A program made the position numbers and the translations under genes. The notes under the pieces are model-generated. The model ran no database searches and had not been told where the DNA came from. It saw only the letters and a list, made by a program, of their open reading frames with translations. A stretch of 64,000 nt of DNA, taken from positions 1-64,000 of the forward strand of contig JAUCBJ010007962.1 in the NCBI GenBank assembly GCA_032718475.1, in the 5' to 3' direction. Source of the stretch: Nemertoderma westbladi (lineage: Eukaryota; Animalia; Xenacoelomorpha). Of this stretch, positions 10,699-22,700 are shown one piece after another (positions within the stretch are counted from its first letter, which is position 1; each line of letters opens with the position of its first letter).

Positions 10699-13600
10699 AT
10701 GTCTGACACTCAGCAAAACCTGTCAGACAGTCTAATCGATACAACCATCTGTGACACAGATAGGAGTGTGGAGCGATTAAGAAAGGAGTTCAGCTCACCT
10801 CCTACTGAAAGAAAGGTCATCCCTCCAGTAGTAGTATCAGACCCTAAGCTAATCCAACACCGTAGGTCTATCATCGGCACTCGGGCCCAAGTCAAACGGA
10901 ACCAGGAAGCAGCTGTCCCACAGCAGCAACAGCCTAGTCAAGAAACTTGTTCCCAGCGATCCGATAGCTCCAGTAGTTCGGATACTGTCGAGCTGACCCC
11001 CGAACGCGGATTGCAGATGGCGGCTACAGCCTACTCGGATCCCCTTCTCACCCTTCCTGCCGCAGTGCTAACTACTATATTGATTGCGGTGGAGGAACAT
11101 CAAGCTGATTGGGCGAGAAGTAAGCGAGCGACCCAAGATAATTATGCGGGATACGCCAGGGAAGAATTGATGTCTATTGTCGAGTCACAATGGAACTTTC
11201 CCGGACCCGGACTCCCGTTAGATTTGTCCGAGGCTACTTGGGAGGATATATACAGGATGGGAGTGACTAAAGATACAATGGACCCAGCTGTTTGGAAGAG
11301 GTCGGCAGCAGGATATGTGCAGGGATTCTTCGGCTCCTTGGAGCAATTGGAAGAACAACTGTTTCGACAACCCCTAGGACCTCAAGAGCAGGAAGAGCTG
11401 CTATATCAAGTACGCGAAAGAACCCTGCGCATTAGACTAATCCTATCAGCCTTTGAGGAAACTTCCAAAAGAAGACAGGACACGTCGCTGCAGGTTGCTG
11501 TCAAAACTTGGTTCCAGCGGGTAGGTCTCAAAGTACAAGAAACGGACCAGTGGAAATCCCAGCTGTCTGAGAGACTAACCTATGAAGAACCAACCGATGC
11601 CACCCTTTCTCAAGTGGAAGGCGAAGAGACCGCAGAGAGACCACGAACGAGAGACGCCATCGACATATATCTGTCCGACTATCAGCGATTCCTAGGAGAC
11701 GAAGAGTTGAGGAGACGGCTGTCTGGACTTTCCCCTAATAGTGAAGGAACCCAGCGTGTGTTAGACTCAATCGATGCTGAAATGTTAGCTGCTAACCAAG
11801 CTGAGTTTGATGAAAAACTCCGCCTCACTAGAGTCCAAGAAGAACTAGTAAAGAAAAAAAGGATAGAGGACCGAAAGGCAGCTGCAGTAACAGCGGCAAT
11901 GGCCGAAGTGGAAGCAGAAAGAAAGGCAGCGGCGGCAGAAGTAGAAGCAGAAAGAAAGGCAGCGGCGGCAGAAGTAGAAGCAGAAAGAAAGGCAGCGGCG
12001 GCAGAAGCAGAAGCAGAAAGAAAGGCAGCGGCGGCAGAAGCCGAAGCAGAAAGAAAAGCGACTGTGGCAGCAGCAAAGGCAGTGGCAGAAGCAGAACAGA
12101 GGGCGTCTGAAGAGACCACACAACTGGAGTTGGAAAATCTTCAAGAGACGCAAGATTGCATAAATAAACAGTTAACTGCTAGTCAAATGCAGATGAGGAG
12201 TCGATCTACTCCCAAACGCCAGGGATACACCTCATCAGAGGAAAGCGAAACCACCGATCCTGAAGGCGGAGGAAATAGATCTCGTCTAAGCAGGCGTAGA
12301 AAAACATCTCACCATCACAAATTGCCTGATTTGCCCCCAGCGGTTAGAAGACAACTAGCTAGCCCAGACTTAGGTAGTATAGAACCTACAGACCAAATTA
12401 TTAAGGTCAAAAGACTCCCTACAATAGTCGATGAGCCTGAAATAATTGGGCCTGTCGTTCCCAAAGCCACTACTGTGCTAGAGACCCCTGTACTTCCAGA
12501 GCTTAACTCTAAATTCCCTTTACACAGGACTACACTGCCTGTACCCGGTAGAACAGTCCATGAGAATATCCCTGTCCTGGAAGCTGAGAGAGAAATCAAA
12601 GATTTGTCTCCCGTCGTCCCGCGTCAGCCCGCTACAATGTTGGCGACTCCCGCTTCGGCGGTCGAGTGGGTAGAGGAGGGACGGCGGGGGATGAATCTCC
12701 TGCTCGGACAGATGCAGGAGACTGTCCACCAGCTTAAGGGAACAGTAAGGGAAGGTAGGGCAGAATTGCAAGAAGTGCAGCAAAGTATCGCACTGGAACG
12801 CGACAAATTAGTCAATATACAAAAGGGCATACCAATACCCCCTGTAACATTGTGTCAACCTGTTAGGTCTGAAGTATTACATGCGCAAGGTGTGGAGCCT
12901 ACATGCATCTATACTGCTAGTGAAGTGGAAACTCCTATAGCAAACCCTATTAAGGGTGATTATAGACCTGTTGTTAATGATATTCCCTATAGACCTGATA
13001 ATGATCCGAGAAATTTATATACCGATAATTCGATATTAAATAACACGATGGCCCAAGAAAGCTTTACGCGTCAGATGGCTAGAACAGAAGCCCGCCAAGC
13101 GGTCAAAGTGGGAGAGATCGTCAAATTCAATGGAGATGAGATGAAATGGTTACCTTTCAACGAATATTACAAAGACAGCATACAGAACTCTGTGCTATCT
13201 AACGGAGAGAAACTTAGGTTCCTCATCAAGTGCTTGGAAGGACCTCCCAAGTTAATGGCGTTAAAGTTTATTGGACATCCAGAAGGATTATGACAAGTTT
13301 GGGATACATTAAACATCAGGTATGGTAACAAGGATAACATAGCTAAGTATTTGTATGCAAAATTAGTAGCCCCCCGAAACTTCCTTAGTAGCGGTATTAT
13401 AGAGTTTTCCGATGAGATTCAGGAGATCTGTAGACAATTGGACTGGTTAGGTAAGTCTCATGAATATCAGAGTTCCATGGTTATTGGAGCAGTAGTCTCT
13501 ACTTTACCAAAGGGTGGAGTATGTACACGTTGGGACAAGAAAGTGTTGTATATGAATGAGCAGCAACGACGAAGCCCTACCATGGCTGATCTCATGTCCT

Positions 13601-15390
13601 TCTTAGATAGTGAAGTAAAATTACAACTCATAAAGCAGTCCAGAGAGAAAACATCGGAAAATAAGGTAAGTGAGAAACCCGTTTCTAGGAGAAGGATAAT
13701 ACCAGTGTGTTATACTGACGACGGCGAAAGCCAAGCTTCTCAAGAAGAGGACAGCGGGAAAGACACAGCAAAATCTTACTATGACAACAAGACCTATAAA
13801 GACGTAAGTAAATACAAGTCTCGAACCAGTGACAGGAGAGAACAGGTAACAACAACTCCTCCTACGTCTCCTAAGAGAATTTACGGAAGAAAGCCCGAAG
13901 AAAGAACGAGAGTGCATAACGTTACCCAAGGTAAGGTGAGTAACATCAAACCAAAATGTGCGCTGTGCGACGGGCCCCACCGTTTGAGTGCGTGTGCTGA
14001 ATTTCTGAAGAAATCCCTTGTAGACAGACGTACAGTCCTGTGGAATAAGCGGTTATGCTATAATTGCCTCAGATCAGGACACCAACGGCGAACCTGTTAC
14101 TCCGACGTAAAGTGTGCAAAGTGTGGCGCGAAACATCACATCTTGTTACACAGTGAGTTCGAACGAAACAACCCGAGTCAGGTAAGTGAGCCCGAACTAC
14201 ATGTCCAATTCAGTGATGTAAATGACACTGATCAAGAGTCTGAGATGGAAGGATTCTATACTGACGAATTCTCCGACGCCAACGAATCCTGTTACCTAAT
14301 AAATACCTCAGTGTATCGAGCACTTACTTATGAAAAGGACACCGACAATGAGTTCCCCCCAACTACTTTTGCCAGACAACCATCTTGGAAAGCTCCAACT
14401 TCCAATGTAGGAATCAGAGAATTTCCTGTAGTGCAGGTAAGAGTTCATGGTCCTAACAAAAGTTACATAGTGAACGCCCTCCTTGACTCCGGCAGCACAG
14501 GAAAATTCATCGATCAAGAACTAGCCGAAGATATCTTTGCTGGACAACCCAAATTCCGGACTAAATTGAATATGTCAGGAATTATGCAGGTTTGGAAATC
14601 TACCCTAACGGCAGACTACTATGTAGGTGTGTTGTCCACCCCCCAGGATAAATTAGGAGCACAAGGTATAAGGTCGGTAAAAATGGTGGCTATAAAGAAC
14701 TTCGCTACTACCCAAGCAGACCTTTATAATTGGGACGAGGATGAGAGCATCCAACATCTTAAGATACCTCGATTCCAGACAGATTATCCTGGAGTGCAAA
14801 TACTCATCGGCCAAAACGCGCATGAGGCGCTCGAGACATTGGAGAAACGGCCTACTCAACCGCAGCCACTACAAACCTATGCGGTAAGAACTAGAGTAGG
14901 TTGGTACTTCACTGGCCCTTCCCGTAGAACTCTCAAAGAGAGATTACCTCAACAACAGGTATACCAAGTAAAGGAATGGGAAGTGGAGAGCAGTGATGTG
15001 GACGATCCAACTGAGGGAACACCATACTCCTCAGATAATGACGATATTAACTCCAATGTAGATCAATGGAGACATTGTCTTGGGACGATTAATCCAGCCG
15101 ACATCGCTTCCAGAGGAGCAACTCCTCAAGAACTGATAGATAATCCAGGCTGGTTAGGTGGATCCTACTTCTTAAGTAAAGAAGAAGGAGAATGGCCTCC
15201 TCATCTTACCCCGGTGAAGATTAGACAGGCCAAGGGAGCGGAGAAAGTAACACAACAACTAAATCGCCCAGCTAGTCGTTTATGTTTACTGGAAAGAGAC
15301 CGAAAACTGTCCGGAAACTATGGAAGGCAAGATACTCTTCCTACGACCACTTCCCTAATCCGACAAATATCTAGGGACTCCATAACGTAA
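10699..15390 (+). pseudogene. gag-pol: Element B gag-protease fused in frame to RNase H tail and integrase C-terminal remnants; one in-frame TGA at 13291-13293
   Basis: DUF1759-like KFNGDEMKWLPF; three knuckles CALCDGPHRLSAC, CYNCLRSGHQRRTC, CAKCGAKHHILLH; protease ALLDSGS; QWRHCLGTINPADIASRG; NRPASRLCLLE; no YxDD and no DDE. Confidence 0.9.
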
Positions 15391-17021
15391 TAACATATGG
15401 AGTGGGCGTGTGACTATATCATTTTATATTTGTTTTTATTTTATATTTATGTATGTATTATTATGTAATTTTATTATAATCGTTTCCTTTAATTTTATTT
15501 AGTAGAATGTTATTTTAGTGATTATTTAGTAAATTAGTGCAATATATTAGTGTTTATTACGTACGTAATTACTTATAATATATATTTAGTGCGACGGCGA
15601 GAAAATAATTATTTTTCTATTTCCTTACTGTCCGTATCATATTATAAATAGGTGACTACAGTAAGATGAAATGTCCGTACTTATTAAAGTACAATAAAGC
15701 CACTACTATATTCAAGTATTATTGGTAGGCAGAGTATTAGGAATGCAAAGTTCAGATCCTCGTGTCTCGGCTAAACCAAGCTCTAGGTAGACCTTGGAAA
15801 CGACTTGCCTCTTCACACTGACATTGCTTCGTGCGATATTGCTCTTCTACCTTATATTAAATAATACATATAGTAGCGTGATGTCCCTATAACAGTAGCG
15901 TAAAACGCAAATAAATCTGTTAAACTTTTTGACCATCTGTAATTCTAGTCGATTAAGATATCGTGGCACCCACCGATATACTTGAAAGACAAATTCTAGA
16001 ATCAGTGGTTAACGTCCCCAGACAAGTTCTGGAATAAATCGGTGCCTATCTTAAATATTAATTTAATATTTATTAAAATCTGTAAAATTCAGATCCTTTA
16101 AAATTTCTAGTCAATTAAGATATCGCAGCACTTACCGATACTCTTAAAAGACAATTTTCATAGAATTAAGGATCCTATGTCCCCAGACCTGCTCTGGAAT
16201 CAAATTGTGTCAATTTTAACATCAAATAATAAAATTCACGGGAATAAATTTAAATTCATATTTTAAATGAATTTCATAAATTGTCATTTTGTGCAATTTA
16301 TAACATTCCCAAAATTCCATTAATTAATAGATCATGGGAGCGGAGATTCATCCTATTGAGTGTATTAGAGTGCGAGAATCTCCAACATATAGTCAATAGC
16401 CGATAAAATTAATAAAATCATGCATAAAGAGGATATTGACAATTAAAGAATTATTATTAAATAGCATCCCAGATCTGTATGCATGAGAATTACCCTAATT
16501 CTACCGCTAGCATTCCATAATGTCACCATAGCAACACCCACGCTAGAATCAGAAGCAAGTTAAGAGAACAATAGAAAGCTTGTCCCATTGCATAGCATAG
16601 AGAATACATAGCACACTGTTAGTATCCAAGGATACACAGTAATAACGTGACATTCTGGAATGCACTGACTAACGGACAAATGGCCTGTATGTGTACAATT
16701 GGTGACAGTTGTGTGGAATTTGTGCGTTTATAGGTGAATGTTACTGCTAAAGTATGTTTACAGTAGCTAGTCGCAATTGTGAAAGTAGCCCAACTCTCCT
16801 ATAGAAAGAACCTCAAGTGGATTCAAGCCTTTGGGACGGACAGTGGAGTGACTTGTGCCGGTTATCGTTGTCGTGCTGTTGCTACATGTTGGCGTAAATA
16901 CCGCGACGACAGTACATCGGCGCTGAGAATCCCACTGTCCGGGGGCAAAGAGAGGTAGGCAGCGACGCCCGCTCGCCTAAACATAAACTCATTACAATAT
17001 TAATAAACTCAGATAGCAGAT

Positions 17022-18470
17022 ATGACGGAGTTGATAGAAGATGATCTTGGTATCAGGGAGCGATATACTCTACCTTTACAAGCATTTGTGGATAGCTTGA
17101 TACGCGATGAAGCCGATCCAACCATTACGGAGGACGATGGTCGTTATATCGAACCGCCGATGTCCCAAGAGCAACTTACGCGTGAATTGGACTATCGAAA
17201 ATTCACCGCTCGCTATACGCATCGTAATGGTACATATATGGACTTCCTAACTACCGGCCATCCTATCGATTTACATGATACGGACGATGTAGACACCGAA
17301 AGGGAAATGGTTCTATTTAAATATCATACCCAGCGGAGTCGTAACGATAAACCGAAAATAGATCACGAAAATTCTATTCGTAACAGACTGGGAAGACGAA
17401 CCAATATGCCTAGAATCTGAGGAGATTCAGCCTATCGCGCCCGGAACAGCGACAACGATTACATCCTAGAATGGTATCAAGGTCCACAGTGTCTCACTGC
17501 GTACGATTATCGCCATGCCAACTATGTTTCTCGGCAACGTTGTCGGTTATGCGCATCGAGAGACCATGTTACGCCCATGGACACAAACGTCCGCTGTTCC
17601 TATTTCCACGAACAACCGGCGATGGAAATTTATTGCGCGTATTGCAGACTCAATAACTTGCACATTTTTGCGGTTTGCCCTCAATTTATGACTCAATGGC
17701 ACCATGGTCAACTAAAGGGACGCGCCAGTTTCGATTGCCCTTTTTAATCACGATTTGGAAAGCGTAGATGAAATGATCACACTACGTTACATCAGAGCTT
17801 GGGAAGCGAACGCTGATTTACATTGTGATTCGCGCCATCGTTATTATCCTGGACGCGCTTACGAAGGAGTTTATGCGTTCCATCCTTATCTATTCGCTTC
17901 TGTCGAACAGAAATCACGCATATCGAGTTACGAACTACTGAAGTGCGTCGGAGAATGTATTTCAACCAAGTTCGTACGCAAATTCTCAGGAGTGTTAATC
18001 CCAGCGACCTTCATTCCTATAGCTTAATCAATTATATCCGTCAGGACCCGGACTATGGAGACTTATTTGTTAACTCACACCCCGAGTTACAGGAAGTATA
18101 TCGACGGCCTTATGAATACCGAGCCTGCGAACGCGAGTTGGAAAGAACCATTAAACCCCGGAGGTTTCTAACTGCCTATGGTCCACCCACGGCTCTCGTT
18201 CAGACCACTCGTAAAGGACCCGTAAGAGCGGCTGTCTTGAAACGAGCTCTCAAAGCCGTTAGACCCCTCTCCCCCGACGTTGATGTCAATCAACCCGGTA
18301 CTTCGACTGGCGGATACACCGACCATAATCCTACACCCTCTGATGCAATCATATTGCACCCTTCACCCAGGAGTTATAGCCCTCCTTGTAAAGTGGCTCG
18401 CCCCAAAGAGAAAAGGACTCTGGCTAGCTTTAAAAAACTGCGTAAACGCCGTCCGCGCAAGAAAGACTAA
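17022..18470 (+). pseudogene. Extra 3' ORF of element B (triple Zn knuckle, WExxADxH domain, basic C-terminus), disrupted
   Basis: Reading through TGA at 17418-17420 gives CRLCASRDH..., CAYCRLNNLHIFAVC and a degenerate third knuckle; after a frameshift, RAWEANADLHCDSRHRYYPGRAYEGVYAFHP; ends KKLRKRRPRKKD. Confidence 0.75.
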
Positions 18471-18540
18471 CTGTTTAGAGTATTTACGTATATTAGAAAC
18501 TGTGATTTTGTATATTTTATAGACTCAAATCCCATTTTCT

Positions 18541-18548
18541 GGGAGCGG
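18541..18548 (+). promoter_or_regulatory. Polypurine tract of element B
   Basis: GGGAGCGG directly before the 3' LTR TGT. Confidence 0.8.
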
Positions 18549-19788
18549 TGTAAAAGCTTCTGTGGGATATAACTGGCCCCTTTGCTTCGCAATCCAGTTT
18601 CTCCCCAGGCGCTGGAATACTCTAAAAGGTTCTCTAACTGTATATATATTCCCCTCGCCCGCAAGGTACCATTACAGGTATTTTAACGGACATAAAAGTC
18701 ATTCTTCTATATACGTGCTTTGGCGGACATGGTAAGGCAAAAAACCCGCAATGCACCAAATGCCTTTACACGGCTTGGCCTTGATGATTCAGATTGCGAC
18801 ATCTAGCAGCTGGTTGCTGGCATGGAAACAGCCATTGGACGCATGGTTCTTTGTTTGGCTTGAGCCAATCAGAGCGATTTCTTCTGTCGACGTGTAGATA
18901 TTCGGCCGATGATACTAGGAGTGTTCAGTCTTACTGTTTTTGTGATACTGTTGTGTTCCTTCTATCTAGGCCAGGAACACCGGCTCTAGAGTCAATTCGT
19001 TTCAGACTTTAGAAGAAACATTAGTAGGCTTAAGATTATAGAGCATATAACTGTTATCAGTGCAACACGGCACATACATTGTCATATCATATCTTAACCT
19101 ACCGTCTTAATGCTGTTTACTGTTGTGTTTTGATTGAATATTATTTGGAGAACATTTATAAAGAACCCAAATTTCCCAATTTTCTTGATACACTACAGGT
19201 TAGAGAGATGGGTTATATATAGCGATTGCGACTTATATTATTGTGGTTTGTAGTGAATTTAATGCTATTTGATAAGCACTACATGAGTCCGTTGCTGTTC
19301 TCTTTATATATGATAAAATTCATTGACGGTCGGCAAATTAGTGAGCAGTATTATGTTTTACCGGTAGTGTGCATGATTGTGACTGATAACTAAGCATTTT
19401 CTAAAGAATGCGCCTCATACGTGAATCATAAGCCTTACCGACTTGCCGTTGTGATTAGTATAAGTCATATCTCTGTTTACCTAGATAGAGCGCCACGTCC
19501 TAAAGGAACTGTTAATATTTCCCGAAAGTGAATAATATTAGTCAGAAATTATTTATTAACGATCAATCGAATAATACAATAGGCTTACACTGCAATAATA
19601 ATCTAAGCCCTCAGAATCCAGTCTCCCGGGTATATCCAGCAGGTGAATGGACGCGCACTAGGCTGGCTTCTGCTAATGTTGTGTTTATTGGTATTAAATA
19701 TTTGTCAACTTCTAAAGTCTATTTATAAACCAAAAGACATATAAATTTTGGCATGTTAAACTGCTAAAGGTCTTCAAAAGCGCATACA
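18549..19788 (+). repeat. 3' LTR of element B
   Basis: Copy of 7222-8461, followed by TSD CATGG. Confidence 0.97.
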
Positions 19789-19793
19789 CATGG

Positions 19794-22700
19794 TGATCAC
19801 GCCGAAGTTTTGAAAAGCGTAATAAGACGTTTAAACATGCGTTACCGACAGAAATGGCGCAAATTAGAGAATAAGTTGGAAGGTCAAGGTAAAGTATTGA
19901 CACTTCAACACATTCATGACATGATAGCCATAGACGCATTAGCAGAGATGAAGTCAAACTTCTCAGAGGAGAATATGAGGGAGTCTAAGCCTGTTACTGG
20001 TAAGTCAATGGTAAGTTTTGACGATGACAGGACCACTGTGACTTTTAACTCAGTAGACAGATATGATTCGAGTACCCCAGCCTTTAGATCAGACTCGCGA
20101 GTATGGTCAGGTGAGCGGTTAGATAGACCTAGGTTAAAGCAACAGGAGTTGCCGGATGGATTTGTAGGTTGCCAATTCTGCTTGCTAAAAGAGGTAAGAT
20201 CTGATGACAATAAGTTGGACAGTTGCAGACGGTTTCAAAGAATTAAATTCGGAACAGAGAAGAGTTCAAGTGCGGACGTTGGACACCTGTTGGGCATGTC
20301 TTGCGCCAGGCCATGTACGGCGGCAGTGCCCGAACAGCAAGGATGGATGCATGGAATGCGGCAGACTACATCACAAGTTGCTACATGCGGATTTCCATAC
20401 CCCAACGGACCGTTACTTACAGAGAAATCCTCAAAGGAAGGGGAGCAAAGAACCCGTATCGATAAGAAGAAATACGTATACTGGCATCCAGGACGATGGT
20501 TATCAACCAGGTTCGTCGGACGAGGATGGCGAGGCGAGCGCGAGAGAAGTGACCTGCCAAGGTTTCACCGCGGATAGTTCATCGACCAGCGCACGGACGT
20601 ATTTATCATCGGCCACGTCGGAAATATTTAGCATGATTCCGGTGAAACTTACTGGGGATAAGGGATCGAAGAGAATATATGTGATGTTGGACACTGCGTC
20701 CACATTATCATATATCGACGAGGAAGTGGCGAGAGCCGTTTCTAGCTTCCAGGACGCCGAGGAAATCCAAATAGAGTTAAACTCCATGCACGGGGTAGGG
20801 GACCTCAAGGGACACAGAATTTCGGTAGAACTAGATTCCCTACTTCCGAGAGACCAACATACTCGACAAGAACGGAGAGCTTTGCCATTAGATGGATTCA
20901 AGTGTCTAGCTATGAAGGGGTTCGGCAGGCAGTTAGGTAAGGTGCCGCCGATGAGTCCCATAGCACAGGAGTATTTTGACAAGCTCAAAGTACCGAGACA
21001 CCAGGTAGGTTATAGGAATGTTTCTATGTTGATTGGTGCAGAACAGCTGATCGCACACCAAATATGGGAAACGAGACCAGCTGAGCCGCATGTCAATGGA
21101 CCACATGCCTATAGGACTATATTAGGTTGGTATACAAGAGTACCCATGTCTTATGAGTTTACAGGTGGCGACAAGCCAATAGATAGATAGGACGGATTAC
21201 AGCCTATAACTGAACCACCGTTAGTAGAACCACCAGACATAGACGAGTTTAGGAGAACCTGTATTGACCATTATAGTGACGTTAGCGAGTCGGACGAGGA
21301 GTTGATTCCCGATAATGTTAGGTTGTCGGAACCACTTCATAACGACCGGACAGATAGTGAACCCGAGGACTACTGTTATCAGACCCGTGGGTCTGGTTCA
21401 GCGGCCCACGCTACCTATTTGAGTAACATTTTGACTTATACCGACATAGTGGAGGGTCAAGTGGCTAAATATCGAGACCTCGACATTTTCCAATACAGTG
21501 AGGAGGAATTGCAGAAGGAATTGATACGCCAGGACCTCGAGACAGGAGCTAGAACCGTCGAAAGGCTGGATAGGGACGCAATGGAACCCGGTGGGTATGA
21601 CCTAACCATGTCCACTGATGAGAAACGGTCGCTGGAGATGATGGAAGATACCATACGTCTGCTACCGACAGGACATTTTGAAGTTGGAATGTTGTGGCGT
21701 CGACAACCACCTAAGTTGGAGAACAACTACAGCTTAGCCTTGAAAAGATTGGACGGAGTAAGGGCTCGGTTGTTAAGGAATCCAGACATTAGGGAGAAGT
21801 GTTGCGCCCAGATCAACAACTATTTCGCCAAGGGATTTGCTGGGAAGGTAGAGGACCCTGACTTAGTGACAGACCAGACATATTACCTCCCACACCACTA
21901 TATGACTCACCCTGACAAACCTGATAAAGTCCGAGTGGTCAACGACTGCGCAGCAGTTTACAGAGGTATGTCCCTGAATTCAGAGTTGATGGATGGACCC
22001 AACCTGAATAACTATTTGATCGGAATACTGTTACGTTTTAGACAGCGGCGATTCGCGTTTACTTGCGACATCGAGGCGATGTTCCACCAGGTAAGAGCCT
22101 GTAAGGCAGACCAGGATAGCCTTCGATTTCTCTGGTTCGAGAATGAAGACTTATCCGGCCCGGTGGTTACATACCAGATGTACGTTAGGATATTTGGTGC
22201 CCGCGATAGTCCGAATGGCACGCTGTTTGTTCTAAAGAAAACGGCAACAGCCCAGATTGGTAAGTATCCAGTAGAGGTGATCGAGTCTATATTGAGAAAC
22301 TTCTATATGGACGACGGATTGGTGTCCAAGGACACGGCAGAACAAGCCATAGAAGTGGCTCACGGCCTACAGGAGTGCTTGGCTACAGGGGGTTTTCCTC
22401 TAACCAAGTTCACTACAAACTCGGAGGCTCTATTAGAGTCGTTCCCGGTGAAAGATCACGGGAGCGGAGACATAGAATTGGGGGTAGAACCCATCCCCAT
22501 GGCGCGAGTACTGGGACTCGCTTGGAACCCGAACACGGACAAGTTCCAGGTAAGAGTTAGATTTGAGCCCAGTAGTCCAGACAAAGTTTTGACAAAGAGA
22601 ATTTGCTTATCGACATTAAGTAGACTATTTGACCCGATGAACTTTATCAGTCCGGTAATATTACAGGCACGAGCGTGCATGAGGAAAATTTGGTTGTCCG

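Larger units (their letters stand above)
7222..19788 (+). mobile_element. BEL/Pao LTR retrotransposon B, non-autonomous, nested in gag of A
   Basis: Two 1240-bp TG..CA LTRs; 5-bp TSD CATGG (7217-7221 and 19789-19793); PPT GGGAGCGG at 18541-18548. Confidence 0.97.

Noticed and set aside
11682-12153. Antisense Ala/Ser-, Leu/Pro- or Cys-rich ORFs
   Set aside because: Shadow frames of the 33-bp gag repeat; the same applies to 4139-4495.
13291-13293. Programmed stop-codon readthrough between gag and pol in B
   Set aside because: The TGA lies inside the capsid-like domain, not at the gag/pol boundary; a point mutation (e.g. CGA to TGA) is simpler.
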